A stretch of DNA of 64,000 nt from an uncultured virus (IMG/VR IMGVR_UViG_3300009104_000003) (lineage: Duplodnaviria > Heunggongvirae > Uroviricota > Caudoviricetes), in the IMG/VR virus record IMGVR_UViG_3300009104_000003; one strand, given 5' to 3'. Below are positions 29,159-39,700 of the stretch, one piece after another. The notes beneath the pieces are model-generated. The model did not search any database. It worked only from the letters and a program-made list of their open reading frames with translations, and was not told the origin of the DNA. Positions within the stretch are counted from its first letter, which is position 1. Every line of letters begins with the position of its first letter. Made by a program: the position numbers and the translations under genes.

Positions 29159-29521
29159 TTAATCTGTCATTTTTTCGCCTGAAACTAGATATGTAAGATC
29201 ACTATTAGCTCCACAGCTAATTCTTAATCTATCAGTTTCATCTAAATAAAATGAACTATTTCTGTCGATTGCTACCAATACTGCATCAGCTGGTACTGAT
29301 ACTGTGCTAGTTATATTATGATATGTAGTAGCACCATCGGTACTTACTTTTAAAGTAACACTTTGTGCATTTGTACCATCAATATTAGTAATAATAATAG
29401 TATTAATTTTATAGATATAATCTGAAGGTACAGTTACTATATCTGTATCAGATGTTGTAACAGCTCCATTAACTGTAAATCCATTAATTGTTGCTACATT
29501 TACTAAATTTGGTGTTGCCAT
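29159..29521 (-). CDS. Virion structural protein (120 aa)
   Basis: MATPNLVNVATI, NIDGTNA, VSVPADA, YLDE.D.L pattern common in tail regions. Confidence 0.7.
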   Translation of the reverse strand: MATPNLVNVATINGFTVNGAVTTSDTDIVTVPSDYIYKINTIIITNIDGTNAQSVTLKVSTDGATTYHNITSTVSVPADAVLVAIDRNSSFYLDETDRLRISCGANSDLTYLVSGEKMTD

Positions 29522-29539
29522 TTTTTATTTCTCCCATTA

Positions 29540-30526
29540 TTATCCGAAAACCATGGCCATTGCTATAGCCCTCGATCTTACTGGTATACTGTTTTCTTTA
29601 ATTATTCCTGTTGTGCTATCTACATGGAATCTAACGGTACTTCCGTCCAAGTATTGCAAAGAACCATCTATACCATTCCCGGCATTGATAACTTTAAGTC
29701 TATGACCTGATGTGTTGACTGCCCCAACATCTAGCGTAATTGCAGCATTATTTGGAGATACAGAGGCTACTAATCCACCACCCGAATAACCGTATTGATG
29801 TGAATTATTTTGTCCAGCTACAAATTGATGACCAAAATATTTTAATGAATTTGAATCATCTGCATTGGACTGAAGACGGATTACGGAGGTCCCTGTTAAT
29901 CCAATACCACCCGTAACTTGTAACGTTCCGTTTGTTCCTGCTGAAGTTTGACCTACCAGCACCTTTCCATCACGATCTACAAAAACCCTAGTTGTATTGT
30001 CAGTTTTGAAAAGAATATCGCCACCAGATACATCACCAGCATTAAGAATTAAATCACCAGTATTTGAATGTTCGTTTCCATGTAATTCGATAAATGCTCC
30101 ACGACCTTGAGATACATCACCACCACCACCAATTCTAGTTCTTCTATTATCTGAACCATCTGAAGTAGTTTGATATATGTCAAAATTACTTGCACCACCT
30201 TGCAAGGCCGCATTAAGTACTAATGCTCCTGTCATTGTGCCACCTGCTAGAGGTAGTTTTGTTGCAATACTATTTGTAATTGTTGTACTAAAATTAGCAT
30301 CGTCACCAAGAGCAGTTGCTAATTCGTCTAGAGTGTTAAGTGTTCCAGGAGCAGAATCAATAAGCGCATCGATTTCTCCACGAACATAAGCCGTAGTAGC
30401 TAATAATGTTGAACTATTTCCTACTGACTGAGTAGCTGCGGTACCCGTGATCACGCCTGCAGAAGAAATACGTTCTGTACTTCCTACAGTTAATCCATTC
30501 TTTACTATGAAATTTTTATCTGCCAT
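29540..30526 (-). CDS. Tail fibre-like virion protein (328 aa)
   Basis: MADKNFIVKNGL N-terminus, LIDSAPGTLNTLDELA module, C-terminal AIAMAMVFG. Confidence 0.75.
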   Translation of the reverse strand: MADKNFIVKNGLTVGSTERISSAGVITGTAATQSVGNSSTLLATTAYVRGEIDALIDSAPGTLNTLDELATALGDDANFSTTITNSIATKLPLAGGTMTGALVLNAALQGGASNFDIYQTTSDGSDNRRTRIGGGGDVSQGRGAFIELHGNEHSNTGDLILNAGDVSGGDILFKTDNTTRVFVDRDGKVLVGQTSAGTNGTLQVTGGIGLTGTSVIRLQSNADDSNSLKYFGHQFVAGQNNSHQYGYSGGGLVASVSPNNAAITLDVGAVNTSGHRLKVINAGNGIDGSLQYLDGSTVRFHVDSTTGIIKENSIPVRSRAIAMAMVFG

Positions 30527-30553
30527 TGGTTTTCACTCTCCAACCAGGTTTAT

Positions 30554-30573
30554 TATTTATATCTCTATTTATA
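30554..30573 (-). promoter_or_regulatory. Two tandem T4-type late promoters (30554-30561, 30566-30573)
   Basis: Two exact TATAAATA on minus strand in the intergenic gap. Confidence 0.75.
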
Positions 30574-30577
30574 TAAA

Positions 30578-33500
30578 TTAAACTTTGATCGCAGAATGTT
30601 TTGTCTTGATAGCGTGTGTATTTGATCCAGTCCTTGTATATTGAATAAGAACATTACCACCAGAAATAGTGGCTGAAATAGTTCCTAATGCAGCAGAACC
30701 AGTATATATTTGAGCATATTCTGTTATTGATGCTGTAGATCCATTATGAACCATAAGAACCTCAGTTGATTCATATTCTCCTGCAGTTGCATCCTTAATA
30801 GATATTTCTAATTTAGCTGATCTATATGTTGCTGCAGCAAGAGAACAAATTGTTGTAGCACTTCCAGAACTAACAGAAGTTACGGTCATTCCTATTGAAA
30901 GATCAGAATCAATAGTGACTTGACCATCTGTATTCCATGTAGGACCACCGGTAGAAAGTTTACCCGGAGATACTGAATCATCTGCAGGAACACTAAGTTC
31001 AGTAACTGTTGGTATTATAACCTCAATTGCTGTATTTGCAGTTACATTAGCATCAAATGTTATTGTAGTTCCTGATGTAGTAAATGTAGATTTATTCTGA
31101 TATACACCATCAAAGAATACAAAACAATTATCTTCGCTTAAAGGATTAACCGATAGAGTATAAGCTGCGGTCGAACCATTGGCTGTAAATTGATCACTAG
31201 TATGTCCTACTCCCGTTACTCCAGTTGAGATTGTATGTATAACAACTTCTTGACCGCTGGCCGGAGCAGTATCTAATGTTACTGTTGTTCCTGATTGAAC
31301 ATATGAATTTTTATTTTGATATACACCTTCAATGAATACCAGCATAGAATCTTCATCGGCTGGCTCTTGGCTTACAGTAAATTGAGTTGTTGAAGCATTT
31401 GCAGTAGTAAATAAATCAGTATTAAAAGGATTAACTGCAGTTCCAGCAGTAAGTGTAATTGAATCTGCACTAGCATCTGTGGTAATAGTCATACCAGTAC
31501 CAGCAACAAGAGTTAATGTATCATCAGTGGCATCAGCTACTACGCTTGATTGACCTGATACTGCAATTGTTTTAAATGCATTATCGCCAGTAGCAGAGTT
31601 TGTTATTGTAAGTGTATCTGAACCTGCCGCTGTTGTTAATGTTATTCCTGTTCCAGCTGCAAATGTAAGGGTATCTGTTGTAGAATCTGCTACGATATTT
31701 GATTGACCTGATACTGCAACTGTTTCGAATGCATTACCACCAGCGGTTCCCCAACTTAAGTTTCCAGAACCATCTGTCTTAAGTGCATGACCACTTGAAC
31801 CATCAGCCGAAGGTAATACCCATATTTGATCTGCCGATAGAGCAGGAGCTTCGAAGCCAACATAATTAGATCCTTCATAAAATCTTAATTCTTTATTTGA
31901 ACCATCTAATGAAAGGTTATCATTTATAGTAACTGCACCATTAACATCTAATCCAGTTAATGATCCAAGAGAAGTTATAGCAGTTTGAGCTGCTGTAGTA
32001 ACTGTTCCTGCAGTTGTAGCAGTAGCAGCATTCCCAGAAGTATCTTGTGTACCTGAAGCATTAACCCCAGGTAGATTAATATTAGCTGTACCATCAAATG
32101 ATACTCCACCAATTGTTCTTGCTGTGGCAAGAGCAGTTGCAGTTGCCGATAAAGCTACTGCTATATTTGCTGATCCATCAAAAGAAGTTCCACCAATAGT
32201 TCTAGCTGTAGCTAATGTAGTAGCAGTAGATGCTAAAGCTACCGCAATATTTGCTGTACCATCAAAGGATGTTCCACCAATAGTTCTTGCATTTTGTAAT
32301 GCTGTAGCTGTTGCTGCGTTTCCTGTTGTACTTCCAGAACTTCCAGATGTATTTCCAGTTACGTTACCAGTAACATTACCTTCAAGGTTAGCAACTAATG
32401 TTCCTGTTGCATAACCAGTTCCTGAGGTATTAACTGTAGTAGTTGGAACTGCTTGATTATCTTTAAATAATTTCCACTTACCAGAATCTGATGCATCTCT
32501 AAATAAACCACCGTATAAATCTTGAGAACCTGATGTATCATATAATCCATAAAACCCTATATCTACTGCATCTGCAGAATTATTTCCTGTTGCCATTGAT
32601 ATTAAAGGATCTTCTACGGCCAATGTAGCTGTATTAACTGTAGTAGTATCTCCACTAACAATTAAATCTCCACTAACTGTTAAATCATTAAACGTTACAT
32701 CTGAACTTGTGGCTACTGCTTGTCCAATAGAGATTGCTCCATTAGATATTGCTACGCCCGTGCCCGCGCTTATGTGCGCTCGAACCTCGGCCGCGCTCGG
32801 GCCTGTGTATGTAATAACGCCATTTGAATATGCTAATGAACCATCACCACCAGAATCTGTTACACTTATATGTGCTCTTACTTCTGCAGCACTTGGACCA
32901 GTGTATGTAATTACTCCTGTTGAACTATTGTAAGCTAATGAACCATCACCACCAGAATCTGTAACACTTATTGCGCCTCGCGCGTCCGCGTCCGTATATA
33001 ATGCGGATCCGGCAAGTGTTGTACCGGTTATACTAAGTCCAGTACCAAGTGTTAAGAATTTAGCTGCTCCAGCTGAATCATCCCAAAAGAATATTCTATC
33101 AGCATTAGGATCAGAAAGAGCTTCAAGTCCTAAATGAGATAAACTAAATGTAGTACTAGATAATGCTAGTCCTGTGCCGGCCGAATAAGTTGTATTAGCC
33201 GTCATATCATCGACGACTAAATCTATTGTTCCATCACTATCATCATAGGTAAGAGAACCTCTTGTTTCTGTATTGCTAGTGAACATAGCACCAACAACAT
33301 CTTGAACCTGTTCTGTTGTTAATTGTGTAGAGGCTAGAGTTAATGTTCCAGCGGCATCATCATAAGTTTTAGTTATATTTGATCCGGCAACAATTAGAGC
33401 ATTAACTCTATCATCTACTCTTTCTGATGTATGATATAAATTACTAGAACCTTCAGATAGATCATCAGTATCAGCCGCAGCTATTCGAGCATCTGCTCTA

Positions 33501-34309
33501 GCATTGGTATAATAAAGATTAGAACCTTCTGATAGATTAGAAGTACTTAAATTAGATAAACTTGAAACTGTTCCAGTAACATCACCTGTCAAATCTCCAA
33601 CAAATGCGTTGGCTGTCATTGTACCACTAATAGTAAGATCTGCTACAGTAGTATCAACAACTAAATTAGAAGAATGAGTTACGACCTCGACTGTTGCACC
33701 ATTTGCTGGTGCACTTGAAAATGTAAGAGTAGTTCCAGCTACAGAATAGGTTGTTTTATTTTGATATACACCATTTATGAATATAGTAGTTTGATTTTCA
33801 TTAATAGGATTAGTAGCAAGAGTAAATTCTGTTTCACTACCATCTACACCTGTTAATTGTTGTACTGTATCTGCTCCAGTACCAATTGATTTAAACCATG
33901 CTATAACTTGAAGTAAATCACCATTAGCTGCTGCATTAACAAGAGTTATAGAATTACCATTTGCAGCAGTATAGTCTGTTGTGGGTTGTAATAATACACC
34001 ATTGAGGTATACTTGAAGAGCACCTACTGTATATTTTAGAGTATTTGAACTATTATCGGCACCTGAGAATACAGTATTGCCACTGGTTCCATCGGAACCA
34101 TCGTATTGATATTCTTTAAGAATGTCGGCAGAAACTGCCTCTGATGAACCAATTTGAACTACAGATTGAGTACCACCTACATCTTTCTTCATGTAGGCCT
34201 TACCATCGTAGGTATTAAGGGCTATCTCACCTAAATCTAATTGGGATGTTGTTGGTACGGCGCTAGCTGTAGCTGAACGCCTTAATTTAATATTCGTTAC
34301 GCGTGCCAA
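30578..34309 (-). CDS. Tail fibre-like protein (1243 aa), TTG start
   Basis: IKLRRS...P...L..GEIALNT.DGK N-terminal domain (Mtd_N-like), VYLNGV/VFIEGVYQ beta modules, ARTIGG.SFDG repeats; TTG preceded by AGGAG. Confidence 0.85.
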   Translation of the reverse strand: MARVTNIKLRRSATASAVPTTSQLDLGEIALNTYDGKAYMKKDVGGTQSVVQIGSSEAVSADILKEYQYDGSDGTSGNTVFSGADNSSNTLKYTVGALQVYLNGVLLQPTTDYTAANGNSITLVNAAANGDLLQVIAWFKSIGTGADTVQQLTGVDGSETEFTLATNPINENQTTIFINGVYQNKTTYSVAGTTLTFSSAPANGATVEVVTHSSNLVVDTTVADLTISGTMTANAFVGDLTGDVTGTVSSLSNLSTSNLSEGSNLYYTNARADARIAAADTDDLSEGSSNLYHTSERVDDRVNALIVAGSNITKTYDDAAGTLTLASTQLTTEQVQDVVGAMFTSNTETRGSLTYDDSDGTIDLVVDDMTANTTYSAGTGLALSSTTFSLSHLGLEALSDPNADRIFFWDDSAGAAKFLTLGTGLSITGTTLAGSALYTDADARGAISVTDSGGDGSLAYNSSTGVITYTGPSAAEVRAHISVTDSGGDGSLAYSNGVITYTGPSAAEVRAHISAGTGVAISNGAISIGQAVATSSDVTFNDLTVSGDLIVSGDTTTVNTATLAVEDPLISMATGNNSADAVDIGFYGLYDTSGSQDLYGGLFRDASDSGKWKLFKDNQAVPTTTVNTSGTGYATGTLVANLEGNVTGNVTGNTSGSSGSTTGNAATATALQNARTIGGTSFDGTANIAVALASTATTLATARTIGGTSFDGSANIAVALSATATALATARTIGGVSFDGTANINLPGVNASGTQDTSGNAATATTAGTVTTAAQTAITSLGSLTGLDVNGAVTINDNLSLDGSNKELRFYEGSNYVGFEAPALSADQIWVLPSADGSSGHALKTDGSGNLSWGTAGGNAFETVAVSGQSNIVADSTTDTLTFAAGTGITLTTAAGSDTLTITNSATGDNAFKTIAVSGQSSVVADATDDTLTLVAGTGMTITTDASADSITLTAGTAVNPFNTDLFTTANASTTQFTVSQEPADEDSMLVFIEGVYQNKNSYVQSGTTVTLDTAPASGQEVVIHTISTGVTGVGHTSDQFTANGSTAAYTLSVNPLSEDNCFVFFDGVYQNKSTFTTSGTTITFDANVTANTAIEVIIPTVTELSVPADDSVSPGKLSTGGPTWNTDGQVTIDSDLSIGMTVTSVSSGSATTICSLAAATYRSAKLEISIKDATAGEYESTEVLMVHNGSTASITEYAQIYTGSAALGTISATISGGNVLIQYTRTGSNTHAIKTKHSAIKV

Positions 34310-34389
34310 TTTTGGCTCCTATTTGTTCAACCTCTATATAGAGAATTTAATATTTTACTTCGCTTCAGTATATACTGAATTAATATAGT

Positions 34390-34397
34390 TATTTATA
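34390..34397 (-). promoter_or_regulatory. T4-type late promoter TATAAATA
   Basis: Exact consensus after stop of 600-aa gene. Confidence 0.8.
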
Positions 34398-34401
34398 ACG
34401 A

Positions 34402-36204
34402 TTAATAGGTTCCGCCATCAATAATATTTGAAAATGCTGGCACTCCACCTGAAGCTGCAGTTTGAAGTACTGCACCTGCTGCGGTTGAAGCTGCCGTAAC
34501 ATCTAATGCATTAGCACCATCTCCATAAAGTACACCATTATCTGTGAATGATGATACTCCAGTACCACCTTGTGGAACTGCTAAATCGTTTGTTAATGTG
34601 ACTGTTCCCGTTACGGTTAAGTCATCATCAACCGTTACTAGACCACCAGTTGAATCTATAGTTAGATTACCAGTTGAGGTATCAATTTCGTTTGCACCAG
34701 TGACACCAATTTGAATATTATCAATATAAGCACCGGCTATGTCTATATCACCAGTAGAACCAGAGATAACTGCATTGGTTTCTGTAGCATCTGGTACGAA
34801 TGTAAATCTTCCTGTTGAATCGTCGAATCCAAAGAACGCTGTTTTTGCTGCTGAACCGTTATGCCATCTACCTAATATACCTAAGTCTTTATTAAGATCC
34901 GAACCTGGAGCAGTATCACCACCTAAGGTCATAATTGGATCATCTAATGTTACCTGATCAGTATTAACTGTTACGGTAGTACCGTCAACTTGTAAATCAC
35001 CAGAAACTGTTAGTTTATTACCAACTGTTAAATGACCAGCTACTGCTGTCGTTGAATTTGCTACGGTTGCGTTAGGTGTAATAGATAAATGAGTTACTGC
35101 AGTTCCAGCAGTATTAATATCATTACCAAATGATAATACGTTATCTGCTGCATTATTTAGAACGTGCCATTCATCTCCAGCATCGTCTGATTCATCAGCT
35201 ATTATTTTAATTAGGGCAGATTCTGCTTCACCAGCAGTTACTGTAAATGTATCAGCATCTACGACAACGTCACTATTACCATCTGGTGATAATGTAAGAT
35301 CACCTGTTGCGGTAGATATGGTTCCATCTGCATTTAAGCCAATTTCAATATTATCAACTACTAATGAATCAGTAATTGTTACTGCGGCTGGTAAACCAAC
35401 CGTAACTTTAACATCAGTACCTACTTTAGTTACTGCAGTATCAACTTCACCTGATGTACCTAATACTTGTAGATCATCTGCTAATAGATTTACGTCTTGA
35501 GTTCCGGAATCACCATCTACTGTAAGAGTAGTAGCAACCGTTACTGTACCAGCAGCTGTTAATCTACCTTGTTGATCAACTGTAAATGTTGGTATAGCTG
35601 TTTGAGATCCATATGATCCTGGTGTTACGGCTGTATCATCAAGATCAATCTCGATTGTATTACCAGATCCAACAGTACTTATTCCTGTATCACCAGAAAT
35701 AGTTAATACTTCTGAATCCAGATCAATATTTAATGCACCGCCTGAATCACCTTGAAAATCTAGGTCTTGAGCTGTGACTTGAGCGTCAACATAAGCCTTA
35801 ATTGACTGTTGAGTAGCAAGTCCAGTAGCATCATCAGATGCCATATTATCTTCATCAAGTATAGTATCAATTGCAACTGCACCACCAAGAGAACCTGTTG
35901 CTGCAATTTTAAGAGCTGCTGTATTTACTGCGCTTACATGCGAATTAGCATCTGTAATTAGAGCGCTCGATGCTGTAGTTGTACCATGAACGTGGTCGAG
36001 CATCGTGGTAAAATATTTACCACCTATAACATCTACACTAGGAGCGTACGGGTTTTCCGTACCAGTACCAATGTATAATCTATCACCATTGTTTGATTGT
36101 GTACCGGCAACATATGAATATGCTAATTCACCGGTGTATATATTCGCCGGAGCCGTTGTTGTGGCACCGGTCGTTAAAATTTTAATTCTTGTTAGTTCTG
36201 CCAT
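34402..36204 (-). CDS. Tail fibre-like protein (600 aa)
   Basis: GELAYSY, DRLYIG, IGGKYFT, TQQSIKAYVD, FTVDQQGRLTAA, C-terminal IDGGTY. Confidence 0.8.
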   Translation of the reverse strand: MAELTRIKILTTGATTTAPANIYTGELAYSYVAGTQSNNGDRLYIGTGTENPYAPSVDVIGGKYFTTMLDHVHGTTTASSALITDANSHVSAVNTAALKIAATGSLGGAVAIDTILDEDNMASDDATGLATQQSIKAYVDAQVTAQDLDFQGDSGGALNIDLDSEVLTISGDTGISTVGSGNTIEIDLDDTAVTPGSYGSQTAIPTFTVDQQGRLTAAGTVTVATTLTVDGDSGTQDVNLLADDLQVLGTSGEVDTAVTKVGTDVKVTVGLPAAVTITDSLVVDNIEIGLNADGTISTATGDLTLSPDGNSDVVVDADTFTVTAGEAESALIKIIADESDDAGDEWHVLNNAADNVLSFGNDINTAGTAVTHLSITPNATVANSTTAVAGHLTVGNKLTVSGDLQVDGTTVTVNTDQVTLDDPIMTLGGDTAPGSDLNKDLGILGRWHNGSAAKTAFFGFDDSTGRFTFVPDATETNAVISGSTGDIDIAGAYIDNIQIGVTGANEIDTSTGNLTIDSTGGLVTVDDDLTVTGTVTLTNDLAVPQGGTGVSSFTDNGVLYGDGANALDVTAASTAAGAVLQTAASGGVPAFSNIIDGGTY

Positions 36205-36452
36205 TAGTATTGTCCTGAGTTAATGCTGAGATTTTCGTTCTCAATATTTGTTTTCATTTCGTAGTTACCAGAATCACCATCGAAGATCATCATAGCTCCG
36301 TCAGTTTGACCTGACACATCTACATTATTTAAATCCCCAATGCTTACATTAAAAGATCCTATACCTACGGCTTGAGCAACAATTTCCTTTTGAGATCGAG
36401 CTTTCCCTTTTAATTTTCCAGTCGTTTTAACTTTGGATTTTAAGTTTGCCAT
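36204..36452 (-). CDS. Small virion protein (82 aa)
   Basis: DLNNVD...DGAMMIFD...IN.GQY pattern; translationally coupled on both sides. Confidence 0.7.
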   Translation of the reverse strand: MANLKSKVKTTGKLKGKARSQKEIVAQAVGIGSFNVSIGDLNNVDVSGQTDGAMMIFDGDSGNYEMKTNIENENLSINSGQY

Positions 36453-36784
36453 TATCGTGTCACTCCAGGTGTAACTTCTAATTGTCCTTCTAAAACTCTA
36501 GTAACAGTTCCTCCTGAACTTGTTATCTCAACATCATATACATATCTTCCAGCTACTAGAGCATTGGTCTGTACTGGCGTTAATGCTATAGTTATTTCAC
36601 CTTGTGTTGCATTCGATACACTAGCTGAAAAAGCTACAGATGTAGTAGAGTCATAAGTCTTTCTTATTTGTCCTGCTACAGTATAACCTGTTAATGTAAG
36701 TATATTATCTTCTGTGTCTGTTATATCAACACTAGCCGAGAAAGTACTTCCTTGATCAACCGTTAAATTAGATATTATCGCCAT
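36452..36784 (-). CDS. Conserved virion protein (110 aa)
   Basis: NLTVDQGSTF, GRYVYDVEIT, RVLEG...VTPGVT. Confidence 0.75.
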   Translation of the reverse strand: MAIISNLTVDQGSTFSASVDITDTEDNILTLTGYTVAGQIRKTYDSTTSVAFSASVSNATQGEITIALTPVQTNALVAGRYVYDVEITSSGGTVTRVLEGQLEVTPGVTR

Positions 36785-39700
36785 TAACCTTTATCCTTAC
36801 TATTTATACTTTTTAGTTCTTCGACTTCGGATTTTAATTCTTTTATTGATTCTATTAATAATGGAACTAGTTTATCGTACTTAACTCCTAGATATCCATT
36901 ATCACCTTCATCTACTGCTTCTGGTAAAACTTCTTGGACTTGTTGTGCGCTTATACCAACTTGAACTGTTTCTTTATCTTCTGATTCAGCTTTATCATTC
37001 CAAGTATATAAGAATCCATCTAATGCACATATTTTATCTAATGCATTATCTAAAGTTCCAACTTTAATTTTTAATCTTTCATCAGATGATGCGACAAAAT
37101 CAGTAGCATAGAAGATATTAGAAGATGAATTAACAGTAAGTCCACCACTATGATATATTGGTCCTGAACCATCAGATGTAGCTACAGTAAATAATATTCT
37201 AGTTTGAGTATTATTATCCGTATTCAGCCATTTTGCATTAGCACTTTGACTTGAAGCGAAATTACAAACAGAACTAAATGTTTTAGTTCCTCCTATTGTC
37301 TGATTTCCTGTGGTATAAACTCCATTTGTGACTGTTCCTGCATTACCGGTAATACTTCCTGTAATTGTTCCTACGGTGAAATTAGCAACTGTTCCAGTAA
37401 ATGTAGGTGCAGTAAACATAGTAGCTTTACTTTCGTTTGTTACATTACCTAAACCTACATTAGATGCTGTTGTTCCTGATCTAATATCTGCTACTGAAGT
37501 ATTATCTACATTACCTAGTCCAACATCAGATTTTGTTGTTCCTGATCTAATATCTGCTACTGAAGTATTATCTACATTACCTAGTCCAACATCAGATTTT
37601 GTTGTATTACTATTTAATAGAGTTGAAACACTTGTTAATCCTGTTCCACCTCTAGATGCAGGGAGTGTTCCTGCGGTAAGTTTGCTAGTATTTAAATTTG
37701 GTATTCTTGCATCAGCAAGTGTACCAGTTGTAATTTTACTAGCATCTAAATTTGCTATTCTAGCTGCAGCTACCGTTCCAGTATCTATCTCTGAACCATT
37801 AAGATCCGTAATACCTGAACCAATACCTGAAATAATTCCTGATGTCCATATATTAGTACCTAATGCACTTGTTATACTTCCATTCTGAACAACAAATAAT
37901 TGATTTCCACCAGCTTTATTATTCAGTGCAGCATCTGCCCATGCTAATCCATAAAATCCTGTTAAGTTATTACCCGAGGCATGCATAGTATTTGATGTGC
38001 TTCTTCCCCAAACGTGATGGTATTTACCTGCGTTATAGAGTCCATGTACACCATGACCATAGTCAGAAGCTACGAGAGCATTCTGTGTTCCCATAGTAAG
38101 TGAACCAGTAAAGCTATCTGCAGTATCGCTTCTTAAGAATTGACTTGAATCAACCCCATCTAATGTAGCAGCATTTGAAGCTGATGCTGCGTTTCCTGTA
38201 CAAGATGCAGATGATCCATTAATGGATCCTACTATTGTAGAGGTAAACGTTTTAATTCCATTTACTGTTTGATTATTAGATCGATCCATATATCTATCAT
38301 CAAAATCATCAGCTGTCACTGCCGTTACTTGACCTTTTGCATTTACAACAACTGATTTAATATATTGACCATCTTCAGATCCAGTTTGACCATAAGTTGC
38401 TGCTCCAGCGCCAGTATCAGCTAGTGCCCACGTAAAGTGTGCTTGTGAATTAGGTGTTGAGCTAGTTACAGTTATACCTGTTCCAGCATCAAAGTATAGT
38501 GCAGCATTATTTCCACCATAACTACTAGGTGAAAGTCCAGATCCAGTAGTAGGAGTTATAACTTTCCATATATTTTGAGAGGATCCTCTGTCACTGTTAG
38601 TGATAGGAATATCAATATCATTACCAGTTATTCCTACATCTCCATTGTCTAACTCAATTCCAGTTCCTTCTCTAAAATGTAATCTCCTAGTTCCAGATAA
38701 TTCCATATTTCCGTCACCAGTTAAATCTGTACCTGAACTATTAGTTATTGCTACCTCTGCAGTTCCTAGTGTTGCTTCAGATAATACTAATGATCCATCT
38801 GCTTCCCAACGATCTGTTGCAAAATTATATACGAGTGAGTGAGTACCAGCTACGCCCGCTGCCGCGTTCGCGTGAGGGTTTGTTTGTCCAGTAAATGGCC
38901 TTGTTTCTATACCAAATCCACCACTTGATGGATAACTATTTGAAGCACCCATTAGTATTATAGTATCATCTACTTCTAATGAGGTAGTATTTAATGTAGT
39001 TGTTGTACCATTAACATCTAAATTACCAGTGATAGTAATATCACCTCCAACAGTTAAATCATTACTAATTATAGCATTGCCATCACCTGGATCTGATCCT
39101 GATGTTGCAACTCTAAGTCCGGCTGTTCTTGTATAATCCGTAACTGTTAAGTCATTTCCTATTGTAACATCATCTGGTAATGCAAGTGTAACTGCTGCTG
39201 TTTCTGAACCTGATCCAGAAACTGTTATTTCGTTAGCTGTTCCAGCAATTGTTGCTATATAATTTCCAGTTGTATGAGCACCTAAATCAACTGAATTATT
39301 TGCGATTGTTGTTATAAGGTTTTGATTGGCTAAATTCGTAATTGTTGCGGTACCAGTTACATCACCAGTTAAAGTAATACTAAAGTCATTAACATCAAAA
39401 TCAAAATTCTCGTTTGTAGCATCCCAAGTTACATTAATACCTGATTCGGTATTATTAGCTATTAAATTAAATGCATTATATCTTGTAACAATAGAAGTAG
39501 TATTAGTAGTACCATCAGTTTCCATTCCAATTAATTGCCAAGCTTCTTCTGGGTTAACTAATGATGAACCATTATGAGCTATAGCTTCATTCCATTGTAA
39601 TCTTACATCATGATTTGTCATAGTACCAAATTGAGTAATATGATCTCTATCAACCTGTAGTCCCATTCCTGTGGACAGGTTAGCATCAAGATTTAAGAAT

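Noticed and set aside
30578..34309. Diversity-generating retroelement suggested by the Mtd_N-like N-terminus and duplicated fibre segments
   Set aside because: No reverse transcriptase in the window, and the duplicated segments differ at synonymous sites of all bases rather than specifically at adenines
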